64,000 bases of DNA from Nitrospinota bacterium (GTDB lineage: Bacteria; UBA8248): assembly GCA_030754595.1 (NCBI GenBank), contig JASLZZ010000026.1, forward strand, positions 1 through 64,000, in the 5' to 3' direction. The position numbers and the translations under genes were made by a program. Numbering within the stretch: position 1 is the first letter of the stretch; each line of letters begins with the position of its first letter. This document shows positions 49,801-58,118 of the stretch, one piece after another. Below the pieces are notes generated by a model. It did no database searches. It was not told the origin of the DNA and was given only the letters and a program-made list of their open reading frames with translations.

Positions 49801-51009
49801 ACTTTCCATCTCGTTCGATAGGGACAACCAGTTGGCTCAGGATGCCCGCATTCGCGAAATCCTGCGCGCGGCGATAAGGAACCTTCCGTAGGTCTCCGTA
49901 AGTCAACGGGCTGCTCTTCTCGTATAATTCCCTGTACCACTCCAATCGGGAAACATCGTCGCTCTCCACCTGCGGGACTTTCACATCGGACTCGATATGC
50001 CAGTAATAAACTTCTTCGGTCTCAAAATTCACGGAACCAATGAACAACCGCTCGCAAGGGATAATTCGACGAATCTCGCGCGAAATCGTAGGAAAAAGAT
50101 CTTTCTCATGGAGAGATGAACCCAGGTCCCTGGCGATTCGGCCGACGACCTCCAGACGCTCGTTGGCCTCGCGCAGTTCATCGGCCGAAACTTCTAGCTC
50201 ATACGCATTTTCCTCCGCTTGCCGGAAAAGGTGGAACATGCTGACGAGCAGTCCCGTAAGAAAGAGAACGTAACTAACCTTCTTTAAAAGATGAGCGGCG
50301 TCGAACATAAAGTCGAATAGATGGCCGGAGAAGGACATGAATATCACCCGACCCAAGAAACCGACGATGATCGACATCACGAGCCAGTGTTCGAAATGAT
50401 CGTGCCGCTATTCGCCTTTCTTTATGTAGCAGATAAGGGCCAGGAGGAAGAAAACCGCGGGGACGAACTCCTCGGGCCGGTGAAAAACGAATTCGGGATA
50501 GTAAGCGCGGGGAAGCAGCGTGAAGGAAAAGAAGATGAAACTCACCACGGTCAAGACGGCGGCCAACCGATAAACCGCGTTCTCGCCGATCCGGCCTGCC
50601 TCTCCGAGGGATTGCTCTCTCCTCCACGACAGATAGCTCAAATTCAAAAATACGGCGAGAAACACGCGGGAGGCGACCCAGCTCCACGGGATGAGCGAAG
50701 GAGGGGGCGAAGGGAAATAGTTGTCAAAAACGAGGAGGTGACGATAGCGTGATAGCCGTCAAGAAATGCCGTGCCTAAAAAGGCCGTGCCGATGAAAAGG
50801 ATCGTGTTGTTTTTTTGGGAATAAAAACGAAGCAGCGCCAGTACCCCCACCGCCGAGGCCAGGAGCGTGGCGACGATTTCCATGATGGTGTAAAGTTCTT
50901 TGGTGCCCTGCCACGGCGAATCGCGCAAAAGGGTGTAGCCGACAAGGAGAAGGACGGACACCGAGAGGTAGGCGGCAACCCTTCCGCGGGAGTCTGTATA
51001 TAGATTCAT
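46880..51009 (-). pseudogene. Disrupted hybrid sensor histidine kinase (MASE3-like TM domain, 2xGAF, 2xPAS, HisKA, HATPase, 2xREC)
   Basis: Five ORF fragments join into one frame. The lesions are a 1-nt deletion in a T run at 50726-50730, TAG at 50408-50410 (KGE*RHDHFEHW), TAA at 48344-48346 (RMKN*FISVVSHEIRTPL) and TAA at 47648-47650 (in frame with the REC domains). Confidence 0.85.
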
Positions 51010-51243
51010 CCTTTGGCTCCGGGCTTCCTTGAACCGATTGGTTTCAGGATGCGAACGGCATGGCCCGCCGATACGCTTCAAAAAGCGAACGGCAAGGCCC
51101 GCCGCGGGCCTTTTTACCGCTTTTCGAGTCCGTCCATAAACCGGAATTTCGTTCATAAACAAGGGACTAAAGAGATTTCCGGCTCTTTTAATAGCGGTTT
51201 TCGTCGAGATCGAAATTTTCGCCCCACCCGAAATACTCACCCC

Positions 51244-53286
51244 CTACGCCCCAGGAAATGGAATGGCCTGCACAAATGCGTCCTGGAATTCCGGGTGCCC
51301 GGCCAACTCCACATTCCGTGTCATCACCTTGAGTTCGGCGGCCTGTGCGAGCTTCTCCCGGGACAGTAGCGCCAGGCGCCCTCCGCTTGCGGCCGCGTTG
51401 TGGACGATGCGGACCCTATCCTCGGGCAAAGGAGGAATCAGGCCGATACGGGCGGCGCGGCCGGACCGAAGGTGGGCGCCGAACGCCCCCGCGAGGAAAA
51501 CGGTTTCGAGTTCTCCCCATTCGATGCCCGCCTCGCGCAGCAAAATGTTCGCTCCCGCCATGACAGCCGCCTTGGCGCTTTGAAGCTTCCGCACATCCCA
51601 CTGGTCGAGGAAGATGTGAGACCCCGAAGCGGATCGCCCCGCCTCCTCCAGAATAAAACGGCGGACGCCGTCTTTTTCGACAATTCGGCGCCGGACGCTC
51701 TCCGGAACACCCTCGAGGGACTCCTCCGCCGGCAGGATTCGACCGGAATTGTCGATGACACCCAAATCCAGAAGGCACGCCACCACCTCGATAAGGCCGG
51801 TTCCACATATTCCCGCCGGGGGGGAGCTCTCAATCGTACGAAATTCTAGGTGATCCTCAATTACGTCGATCTCCGAGATTGCACCTGGAACCGAGGACAT
51901 ACCGCAACGAATCTCCCCTCCCTCGAAGGCGGGTCCGGCCGGCGTCGATGTGCACCAGAGATTTCCATCCTGACAGGCCAGGAGGATTTCAACATTGGTT
52001 CCCAGATCCAGGGCCAGAAGAGGCTTTTTCAACTCCTCACGGCCCAGGTCAAGCGCAAGAGCCACTCCCAGAGCGTCGGCCCCGACGAATCCGGCAATCA
52101 AGGGGAGAAAGTGCGCCCGCGCGGAAGAAGGAAGACGCACCCCCAGATCGGCGGGAGAGAACCCCATCCCTTCATCTTTTAGGGGAACGTAGGGCGCCAC
52201 TCCGAATGACTCCACCGGCAGTCCGAAGAAAAAATGGTGCATGACGCTGTTGCCAACGAAAATGAGGCTGATCATATCTCGCCTCCGCACCCGGGCCTGC
52301 CGCAAAAGATCGCCTAGGATTCGGTCAACATCCTCCCGGACGGCGGAGGTCAGCTCGTCCAACGCCTCCTTTCCGCCGTGTTCGCGCTGGGAGGCGGCAT
52401 GAACCCGCGCCATCAAGTCCCACCCCCAGGTCCGCTGGCTGTTGGGGCGAACGGCTTCGGCAAGAAGAGAGCCGTTAATGAGGTGAACGAGATAGCCGCA
52501 GATGTTCGTCGTCCCGATGTCGATCACCGCTCCATAGACCCGTTTTGAGGTGTCTCCAGCCTCGACATCCACAACCTCCCCTTCGGTGATCGTGAGTGAA
52601 ACCACCGAAGCCTCCTGATTCCAGAGGACCGCCTCGTTGAGCCTTAATACGATTTCCCCCTCGAGGCGCGGAAGCTCCTTCAGACGACCGCTTAGGCTCA
52701 TCTTCCTTAAACCACGCCGGATGGCCAATGCGGCGTCCTCTTCTACTGCGAGGTCTGAGCAAAAAGCGACCCTCTCCGCCCAGGGTTCCAGAAGGAGCGG
52801 AATGGATGTGTCAATGGATTTTCTGCCCACCTTGTCAGAAGGATGAGGGGCCAGGGCCGCGAGATCGCCTTCCACTTTCAACTGGCAGGCAAGACGCCAC
52901 CCAGCTCCAAGCTCTTCGGGACTCAATTGGTTTCGCTCTGCGGCGTTTGGGGGCGTCAGCCAGGAGGGGGGGTGAGGTCCGGGCCGATCCTTATCTCCAA
53001 GGGCAAGGGGAATGGCGCGGCATCGCGTGCATTTTCCGAACCCCCCGCATTCGGTGCCGATGGGAAATCCCGCGATACGCGCGGCTTCAAGGAGAGTCAG
53101 GCCCCCCTTGAGAGAAATCCGCCGGAGGGAGTAGTCTTCATCCGAAAGTTCCCCCGGAACTGCTGGGGGTTTCCCTGACTCGGGTGCGAGTGGCCGGAGG
53201 AGAAGGACCTCACAGGTCGTGGGGGACTCGTTTTCCACCCTTTGGGGATTAGCCTCAGTACCAGCCATGTTCCATCGCGGCTTCAA
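51244..53286 (-). CDS. RACo/RamA-type reductive activator of corrinoid proteins (2Fe-2S + ASKHA ATPase)
   Basis: CGGFGKCTRC...RLACQ, DIGTT, GFVGAD, DLGTNVE, AGPAFEG, GICGTG and LAGAFG. The start may be 53268. Confidence 0.9.
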   Translation of the reverse strand: MKPRWNMAGTEANPQRVENESPTTCEVLLLRPLAPESGKPPAVPGELSDEDYSLRRISLKGGLTLLEAARIAGFPIGTECGGFGKCTRCRAIPLALGDKDRPGPHPPSWLTPPNAAERNQLSPEELGAGWRLACQLKVEGDLAALAPHPSDKVGRKSIDTSIPLLLEPWAERVAFCSDLAVEEDAALAIRRGLRKMSLSGRLKELPRLEGEIVLRLNEAVLWNQEASVVSLTITEGEVVDVEAGDTSKRVYGAVIDIGTTNICGYLVHLINGSLLAEAVRPNSQRTWGWDLMARVHAASQREHGGKEALDELTSAVREDVDRILGDLLRQARVRRRDMISLIFVGNSVMHHFFFGLPVESFGVAPYVPLKDEGMGFSPADLGVRLPSSARAHFLPLIAGFVGADALGVALALDLGREELKKPLLALDLGTNVEILLACQDGNLWCTSTPAGPAFEGGEIRCGMSSVPGAISEIDVIEDHLEFRTIESSPPAGICGTGLIEVVACLLDLGVIDNSGRILPAEESLEGVPESVRRRIVEKDGVRRFILEEAGRSASGSHIFLDQWDVRKLQSAKAAVMAGANILLREAGIEWGELETVFLAGAFGAHLRSGRAARIGLIPPLPEDRVRIVHNAAASGGRLALLSREKLAQAAELKVMTRNVELAGHPEFQDAFVQAIPFPGA

Positions 53287-54415
53287 ACATCGCGCAGACG
53301 TTTTCGGGCGGCACCTCGTCCTGGATATTGTGGACGAAATTTAGAATGTAACCCCCGCCCGACGCCAAGTCATCAATGCGGCGTCTAACTTCCTCAAAAA
53401 CTTCCTCCGGCGTTCCAAAAGGAATGACACGCCCAGTATCGACCCCGCCCCAGAAGAAAAGATCCCGGCCGAATTCGCGTTTCAGGCGCGCGGTGTCCCC
53501 CATGTTCTTGGCAGAGACCTGAACAGGGTTCAGCCCATCAATCCCGATTTCAATTAAATGAGGAAGGAACATGTCAATGCACCCGTCACAGTGAAAAAGA
53601 ATTTTCGCGCCGGGGTCGGCTTTTTTCATCGATTCGAAATAAATCTTTAGCCGAGGTTTCACAAATTCCTCAAACATTTGCATCGAGACCATGGGGCCGC
53701 TTTGTGTGCCCAGATCGTCGCCCATGAGAACAACATCGATAAAACCTCTGGTCTCGGCCATCATACGTTCGGTAATTTCCAGGCGAATTTCGAGAATCCT
53801 GTCCAGCAGGGCGTGAACGAATTTTTTGTTCATTACGAGATCGGAGAAAAAATCTCCGAACCCGCGTATTCTCGCGGCTTCCTGCCAGAAAGTCGCGCGC
53901 GGCGAAAATACGACGGAATAATCGGTCTCCTCGTGGAGCTTACGCGCCCGTTCTCGAAGACCTCGGAAGCGCCCGGGGTCCTTCGGGTCGGGCCATTGAA
54001 ACTGACGGAGCGCCTCGAGCGTTCCGTTCTCGTCTCCCTCGAAGTGCCCTTTCAGCAAAAAATAGGAGTTCGATTCTTCGGGACGCTGCCACTGGATGCC
54101 CCATTCGTCCTGGTAAGTGAATGGGTCGATCTCGATATCCGTCCAGTTGTCCGGGGCACCGGGATCGAGAGGGCGAGTGTCGATCCCGAATTTCCGGAGG
54201 ATTTCCTCGTCGATATGAGCGACCTGTCCCTGCTTTGCCATGATGCGAGTTTCAGAATTTGACCCGAGATGCCGTTTCAGTTTTTCGTAGGCCATTCCCG
54301 CGATACTGGTAACCGCAGTAGAGCCGAAATCGAAGGGAACACGGTCGGGTTCCTTGTGTTCCATCGCCATGCGTACACGCTCGCGCGGCGTCAGGCTGGT
54401 TTTTTTTGACAACAC
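53255..54415 (-). CDS. UroD/MtaA-CmuA-family protein (putative corrinoid methyltransferase), copy 2
   Basis: EPDRVP, DEWG, GDDLGTQ, FHCDG, LNPVQ, FWGGVDT and HNIQ..VPPEN. Confidence 0.85.
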   Translation of the reverse strand: MLSKKTSLTPRERVRMAMEHKEPDRVPFDFGSTAVTSIAGMAYEKLKRHLGSNSETRIMAKQGQVAHIDEEILRKFGIDTRPLDPGAPDNWTDIEIDPFTYQDEWGIQWQRPEESNSYFLLKGHFEGDENGTLEALRQFQWPDPKDPGRFRGLRERARKLHEETDYSVVFSPRATFWQEAARIRGFGDFFSDLVMNKKFVHALLDRILEIRLEITERMMAETRGFIDVVLMGDDLGTQSGPMVSMQMFEEFVKPRLKIYFESMKKADPGAKILFHCDGCIDMFLPHLIEIGIDGLNPVQVSAKNMGDTARLKREFGRDLFFWGGVDTGRVIPFGTPEEVFEEVRRRIDDLASGGGYILNFVHNIQDEVPPENVCAMFEAAMEHGWY

Positions 54416-54445
54416 GAAATTTTTCTCCTGTCTCCAGGACGGCTC

Positions 54446-55606
54446 TCAGTATTCACCATATTCCAACGCCGCCTCGAACATCGCGCAGACGTTTTCGGGC
54501 GGCACCTCGTCTTGGATGTTATGGACGAAATTCAAAACATATCCCCCGCCTTCGCCCATATCGTCTATGCGGCGCTTCACTTCCTCAAAAACCTCGTCTC
54601 TAGTTCCGAAGGGAATGACGCGTCCCGTATCGACTCCACCCCAGAAGAAAAGATCCTGGCCGAATTCGCGTTTCAGGCGCTTGGTGTTCCCCATGTTCTT
54701 GGCCGAAACCTGCACCGGGTTCAGCCCATCAATCCCGATTTCAATCAGATGAGGAAGGAACATGTCAATACATCCGTCGCAATGATAGAGAATCTTCGCG
54801 TCGGGGGCTCCTTTTCTTACCGCGTCGAAGAGAATTTTCTGCCTGGGCTTTATGAACTCTTCGTACATCGGCACGGAGAGCATGGGACCGTTCTGCGTTC
54901 CAAGATCGTCGCCGGTGAGGATGACGTCCACATATCCATCGACTTCGACCAGCGACCGCTCGGTCATATCGAGGCGGATCTCGAGAAGTTTGTCGAGGAG
55001 TTCGTGGACGAATTTCTTGTTCGTAACCAAATCCGAGTAGAAATCGCCGAACCCGCGAATCCATTCGGCATCCGCCCAGAAGGTCGCGGCGGAAGTGAAC
55101 ACAACCGAATAATCCGTATCCTCGTGGAGCTTCCGAGCACGCTCGGCGAGCCCCCGGTAGCGCCCCGGGTCCTTCGGGTCGGGCCACTGGTAGCGGCGGA
55201 GCGCTTCGAGCGTTCCGTTTTCGTCCCCTTCCAAGCCTCCCTTGAGGAGAAAATAGGAGTTCGACTCCTCGGTCCGCTGCCACTGAACGCCCCACTCGTC
55301 CTGGTAGGTGAGTTCATCGACCTCGATGTCGCGCCAGTTGTCCGGGGCGCCAATCATGAGGGGGCGCGTATCCACCTGAAACTTTTCGAGAATACGTTCA
55401 TCGACGAAAGCCACCATGCCCTGTTTCGCCAGAATTTCCGTTTCGGATTCGACACCGAGATGTTTCTTCAACTTCTCGTAGGCCAAACCGGCGATGCTGG
55501 TGACCGCCGTGGAGCCGAAATCAAACGGAACGCGGTCGGGCTCCTTGTGATTCATCGCCCGGCGCATCCGCTCCCGCGGCGTAAGTTTTCCATTTGATGG
55601 GGTCAT
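54446..55606 (-). CDS. UroD/MtaA-CmuA-family protein (putative corrinoid methyltransferase), copy 1
   Basis: Same motifs (YHCDG) and the same length (386 aa) as its neighbour; a tandem paralogue. Confidence 0.85.
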   Translation of the reverse strand: MTPSNGKLTPRERMRRAMNHKEPDRVPFDFGSTAVTSIAGLAYEKLKKHLGVESETEILAKQGMVAFVDERILEKFQVDTRPLMIGAPDNWRDIEVDELTYQDEWGVQWQRTEESNSYFLLKGGLEGDENGTLEALRRYQWPDPKDPGRYRGLAERARKLHEDTDYSVVFTSAATFWADAEWIRGFGDFYSDLVTNKKFVHELLDKLLEIRLDMTERSLVEVDGYVDVILTGDDLGTQNGPMLSVPMYEEFIKPRQKILFDAVRKGAPDAKILYHCDGCIDMFLPHLIEIGIDGLNPVQVSAKNMGNTKRLKREFGQDLFFWGGVDTGRVIPFGTRDEVFEEVKRRIDDMGEGGGYVLNFVHNIQDEVPPENVCAMFEAALEYGEY

Positions 55607-55635
55607 GTTCCGTCCTCGCGTTGAATCCCGCCCGC

Positions 55636-56283
55636 TCAGGGCCGAAGCGCGGCGTGTAGTTCCTTGAACCGCTCCACCGCAAGCGGAGCTTCCTTGGCGT
55701 AACCGTTCGCCCCGATATTAGCCGCAAAAATCTCATCCAGCGGAGCGCCGCCCACCATGATTCCAACCTCCTCCCCGAAGGAAGCCTTACGAATAGTTTC
55801 GATGATGGCCCCCATCCGATTCATCGTTGTCGTTAGAAGGGCAGACATACCCAAAATACGGGCACCGGAGTTTTCGAGGGCTTCGATAAATTGTTCTGCG
55901 CTCGTATTGACGCCCAGGTCAATCACATCGAACCCCGCCCCACGAAGCATCATGCACACGAGATTCTTGCCGATATCGTGCATGTCGCCCTTAACGGTTC
56001 CCATCACCACCTTTCCCAGCGGCTCTACTCCCGTGGCCTCCAGCAGCGGCCGGAGAATCTCCATGGCCGCGTTCATTGCCTTGGACGCCGCCATGAGCTC
56101 GGGAATGAACACCTCGCCTCGCCCAAACTGATCCCCCAGTTTCTCCATTCCCGGACTCAATCCCTCATTCAGAATGGGGACCGGACCGCGGCCCGCCTCC
56201 AAGTCTTCCCGGACAAGGCGAATCACATTTTCCCGGTCCCCTCGAATGATTCCTTCAGTTAATTCCTGGTTACGAGACATCAT
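55636..56283 (-). CDS. Corrinoid (B12-binding) methyl-carrier protein
   Basis: Cap domain (GEVFIPELM), GDMHDIGKNLV (DxHxxG), MSALLTTTM and VGGAP. Confidence 0.93.
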   Translation of the reverse strand: MMSRNQELTEGIIRGDRENVIRLVREDLEAGRGPVPILNEGLSPGMEKLGDQFGRGEVFIPELMAASKAMNAAMEILRPLLEATGVEPLGKVVMGTVKGDMHDIGKNLVCMMLRGAGFDVIDLGVNTSAEQFIEALENSGARILGMSALLTTTMNRMGAIIETIRKASFGEEVGIMVGGAPLDEIFAANIGANGYAKEAPLAVERFKELHAALRP

Positions 56284-56296
56284 TCTCTCCCATCGC

Positions 56297-57211
56297 TTAG
56301 CTTTCCTCCGATCCTTGTTCTCCCGACCCCTTCATGGCTTCGATCATGGCCTGAATGTGCACGGGCGTGGTGCCGCAACATCCGCCAATGTAGCGGATAC
56401 CGAGGTCTGAACAACGCCTGGCGTGATCGGCCATCCGCTCCGGACCGGCCTCGTAGACAACTTGATTCCCTTCCATTTTGGGAACCCCCGCATTCGCCTG
56501 GATGATCAAGGGAAACCCGCTGGGGGCCCGGAACATTTTTCCCGCGATTTCCTCCATTTCATTCGGTCCGTTCCCGCAATTCGAACCGAACGCCTGAACC
56601 CCGAAACCGGCGACCGCCCTGACGGCCTCTTCCGGGGAGGTTCCCATCATTGTTCGTCCGTGCGTGTCGAAGGTCATTGTACAGAAAACGGGAAGATCGC
56701 ATACAGCCCTGGCGCCCTTGATCGCCGCGCGGACCTCCTCCAGATCGCTCATCGTTTCGATCAGAATGACATCCACGCCGCCTTCGGCAAGCGCGGCACA
56801 CTGCTCGGCAAAATCATCTTTCGCCTCATCGAAGTGAAGGTCGCCTAAAGGCTGCAAGAGGGAACCTGTGGGTCCCACCGAACCGGCGATGATCACCTCA
56901 CGTTCCTGGGCATCCGCTGCCTGTCGGGCGGCAGCGGCACCCGCCTTGTTCCACTCGAAAACCTTATCGCCGGCATCATGAAGTGCGAGACGGAGGCTGT
57001 TGCCCCCGAACGTGTTAGTCGTGATAACGTCGGAGCCTGCCCGAAGATAGGCCTCATGCACGGATCGGACCGCGTCCGGATTCTCTCCGTTGAGGCGCTC
57101 CGGTGCATCACCGGGTTCCAGTCCGGTAGCCTGGAGCATGGTTCCCATGGCGCCATCTCCCACAAGAACACCCTCTCCATCCAGCCATTTCTCATATAAT
57201 AAATTCGCCAT
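56297..57211 (-). CDS. Stand-alone homocysteine S-methyltransferase-domain protein
   Basis: DGAMGTML, TNTFG, IETM, Zn ligands GSNCG and GGCCG, and NAGVP. No pterin domain attached. Confidence 0.9.
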   Translation of the reverse strand: MANLLYEKWLDGEGVLVGDGAMGTMLQATGLEPGDAPERLNGENPDAVRSVHEAYLRAGSDVITTNTFGGNSLRLALHDAGDKVFEWNKAGAAAARQAADAQEREVIIAGSVGPTGSLLQPLGDLHFDEAKDDFAEQCAALAEGGVDVILIETMSDLEEVRAAIKGARAVCDLPVFCTMTFDTHGRTMMGTSPEEAVRAVAGFGVQAFGSNCGNGPNEMEEIAGKMFRAPSGFPLIIQANAGVPKMEGNQVVYEAGPERMADHARRCSDLGIRYIGGCCGTTPVHIQAMIEAMKGSGEQGSEES

Positions 57212-57316
57212 ATCGTCCTAAAGTGAGCAATATATTTTGGACGCAAGCATGATAGAAAACCATTCAGCGAAAATGGCCCATGCGGGGATATCACCCGCTC
57301 CGTGGATGGCCGAAAT

Positions 57317-58036
57317 CTAATCGTCGATCATGGCCACCGCACGCACGGGAGTACCCGAAATTCCCCGATACTTGATGGGGAGCACCGAGAGCTTGAAGCC
57401 GTGAGGATGGGGAATTTGATCAAGATTCACCAGGTTCTCCATGTGGCAATAGTCTTTCTCCAGCATGACCCGGTGGGCTTCATAGTAACGGCGCGTTTCG
57501 TGCATTTTCCAGATGGGAATGTCCCATCCGCTCGCGTCGATGCCCATCACCCGCACTCCGTTGTCGATCAAGTAATGGGACGCCTCGGCGCTCATGCCCG
57601 GTTGTTGGTCCAGAAAGTCCTCGCTTGTCTCCCAGTCTTTGCTGGCGCCGGTGTGGATGAGAACAATATCGAGGGGCTTCAGGGTGTAGCTGATTTTCTT
57701 CAAGGCTTCTTCTATGTCCGCCGCCGTGATCGCATAGCCGCTCTCTTTGTCCGTGAAGTCGAGAACGACACCGTCCGAGAAGCACCACTCCAGCGGAATC
57801 CGCTCCGTGGTAAACCCGTCGGGATTCGTATGGAAAGGCGCATCGATATGCGTTCCCGCATGGTCGCTCATGAAAATGACAAAATGGTTCGGTACGATGT
57901 CCGCGCCGTATTTATCCGTCCCCAGGCGCTTGGCCACAGTCTGCCAGTCTTCGTCCAGAGCCAGGTTCGGTCCGGGCAGGCCAGGATAGATGGGCATCCC
58001 TCGGTAGAGTTCCATGCTTAAATCTATTATCCGCAT
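57317..58036 (-). CDS. Cyclase-family (kynurenine formamidase-like) metal hydrolase
   Basis: IIDLS, HAGTHIDAPFH, GID, ENLVNL and PVRAVA. Confidence 0.9.
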   Translation of the reverse strand: MRIIDLSMELYRGMPIYPGLPGPNLALDEDWQTVAKRLGTDKYGADIVPNHFVIFMSDHAGTHIDAPFHTNPDGFTTERIPLEWCFSDGVVLDFTDKESGYAITAADIEEALKKISYTLKPLDIVLIHTGASKDWETSEDFLDQQPGMSAEASHYLIDNGVRVMGIDASGWDIPIWKMHETRRYYEAHRVMLEKDYCHMENLVNLDQIPHPHGFKLSVLPIKYRGISGTPVRAVAMIDD

Positions 58037-58118
58037 ACCTTTCTCCTTTCATAACGGCATATAAGCCCCGATCAAAACCGGGGTGGATTTTTCATGGCTC
58101 GGATGCGGCAAAGCCGCC

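Noticed and set aside
46880..51009. Stop-codon reassignment or pyrrolysine read-through in the kinase, tempting because it lies next to corrinoid genes
   Set aside because: The lesions are mixed (TAG, TAA, TAA and a frameshift), TAA and TAG end normal genes throughout the window, and conserved residues are also degraded, all of which indicates pseudogenisation.
53255..55606. Annotation as true uroporphyrinogen decarboxylase (hemE)
   Set aside because: Lacks the HemE N-terminal RQAGR motif; the context is corrinoid methyl transfer rather than tetrapyrrole synthesis.
57224..57240. NrdR-like box GAGCAATATATTTTGG upstream of the Hcy methyltransferase
   Set aside because: It is a single copy with a mismatch at a conserved position, and is more simply an AT-rich promoter element.
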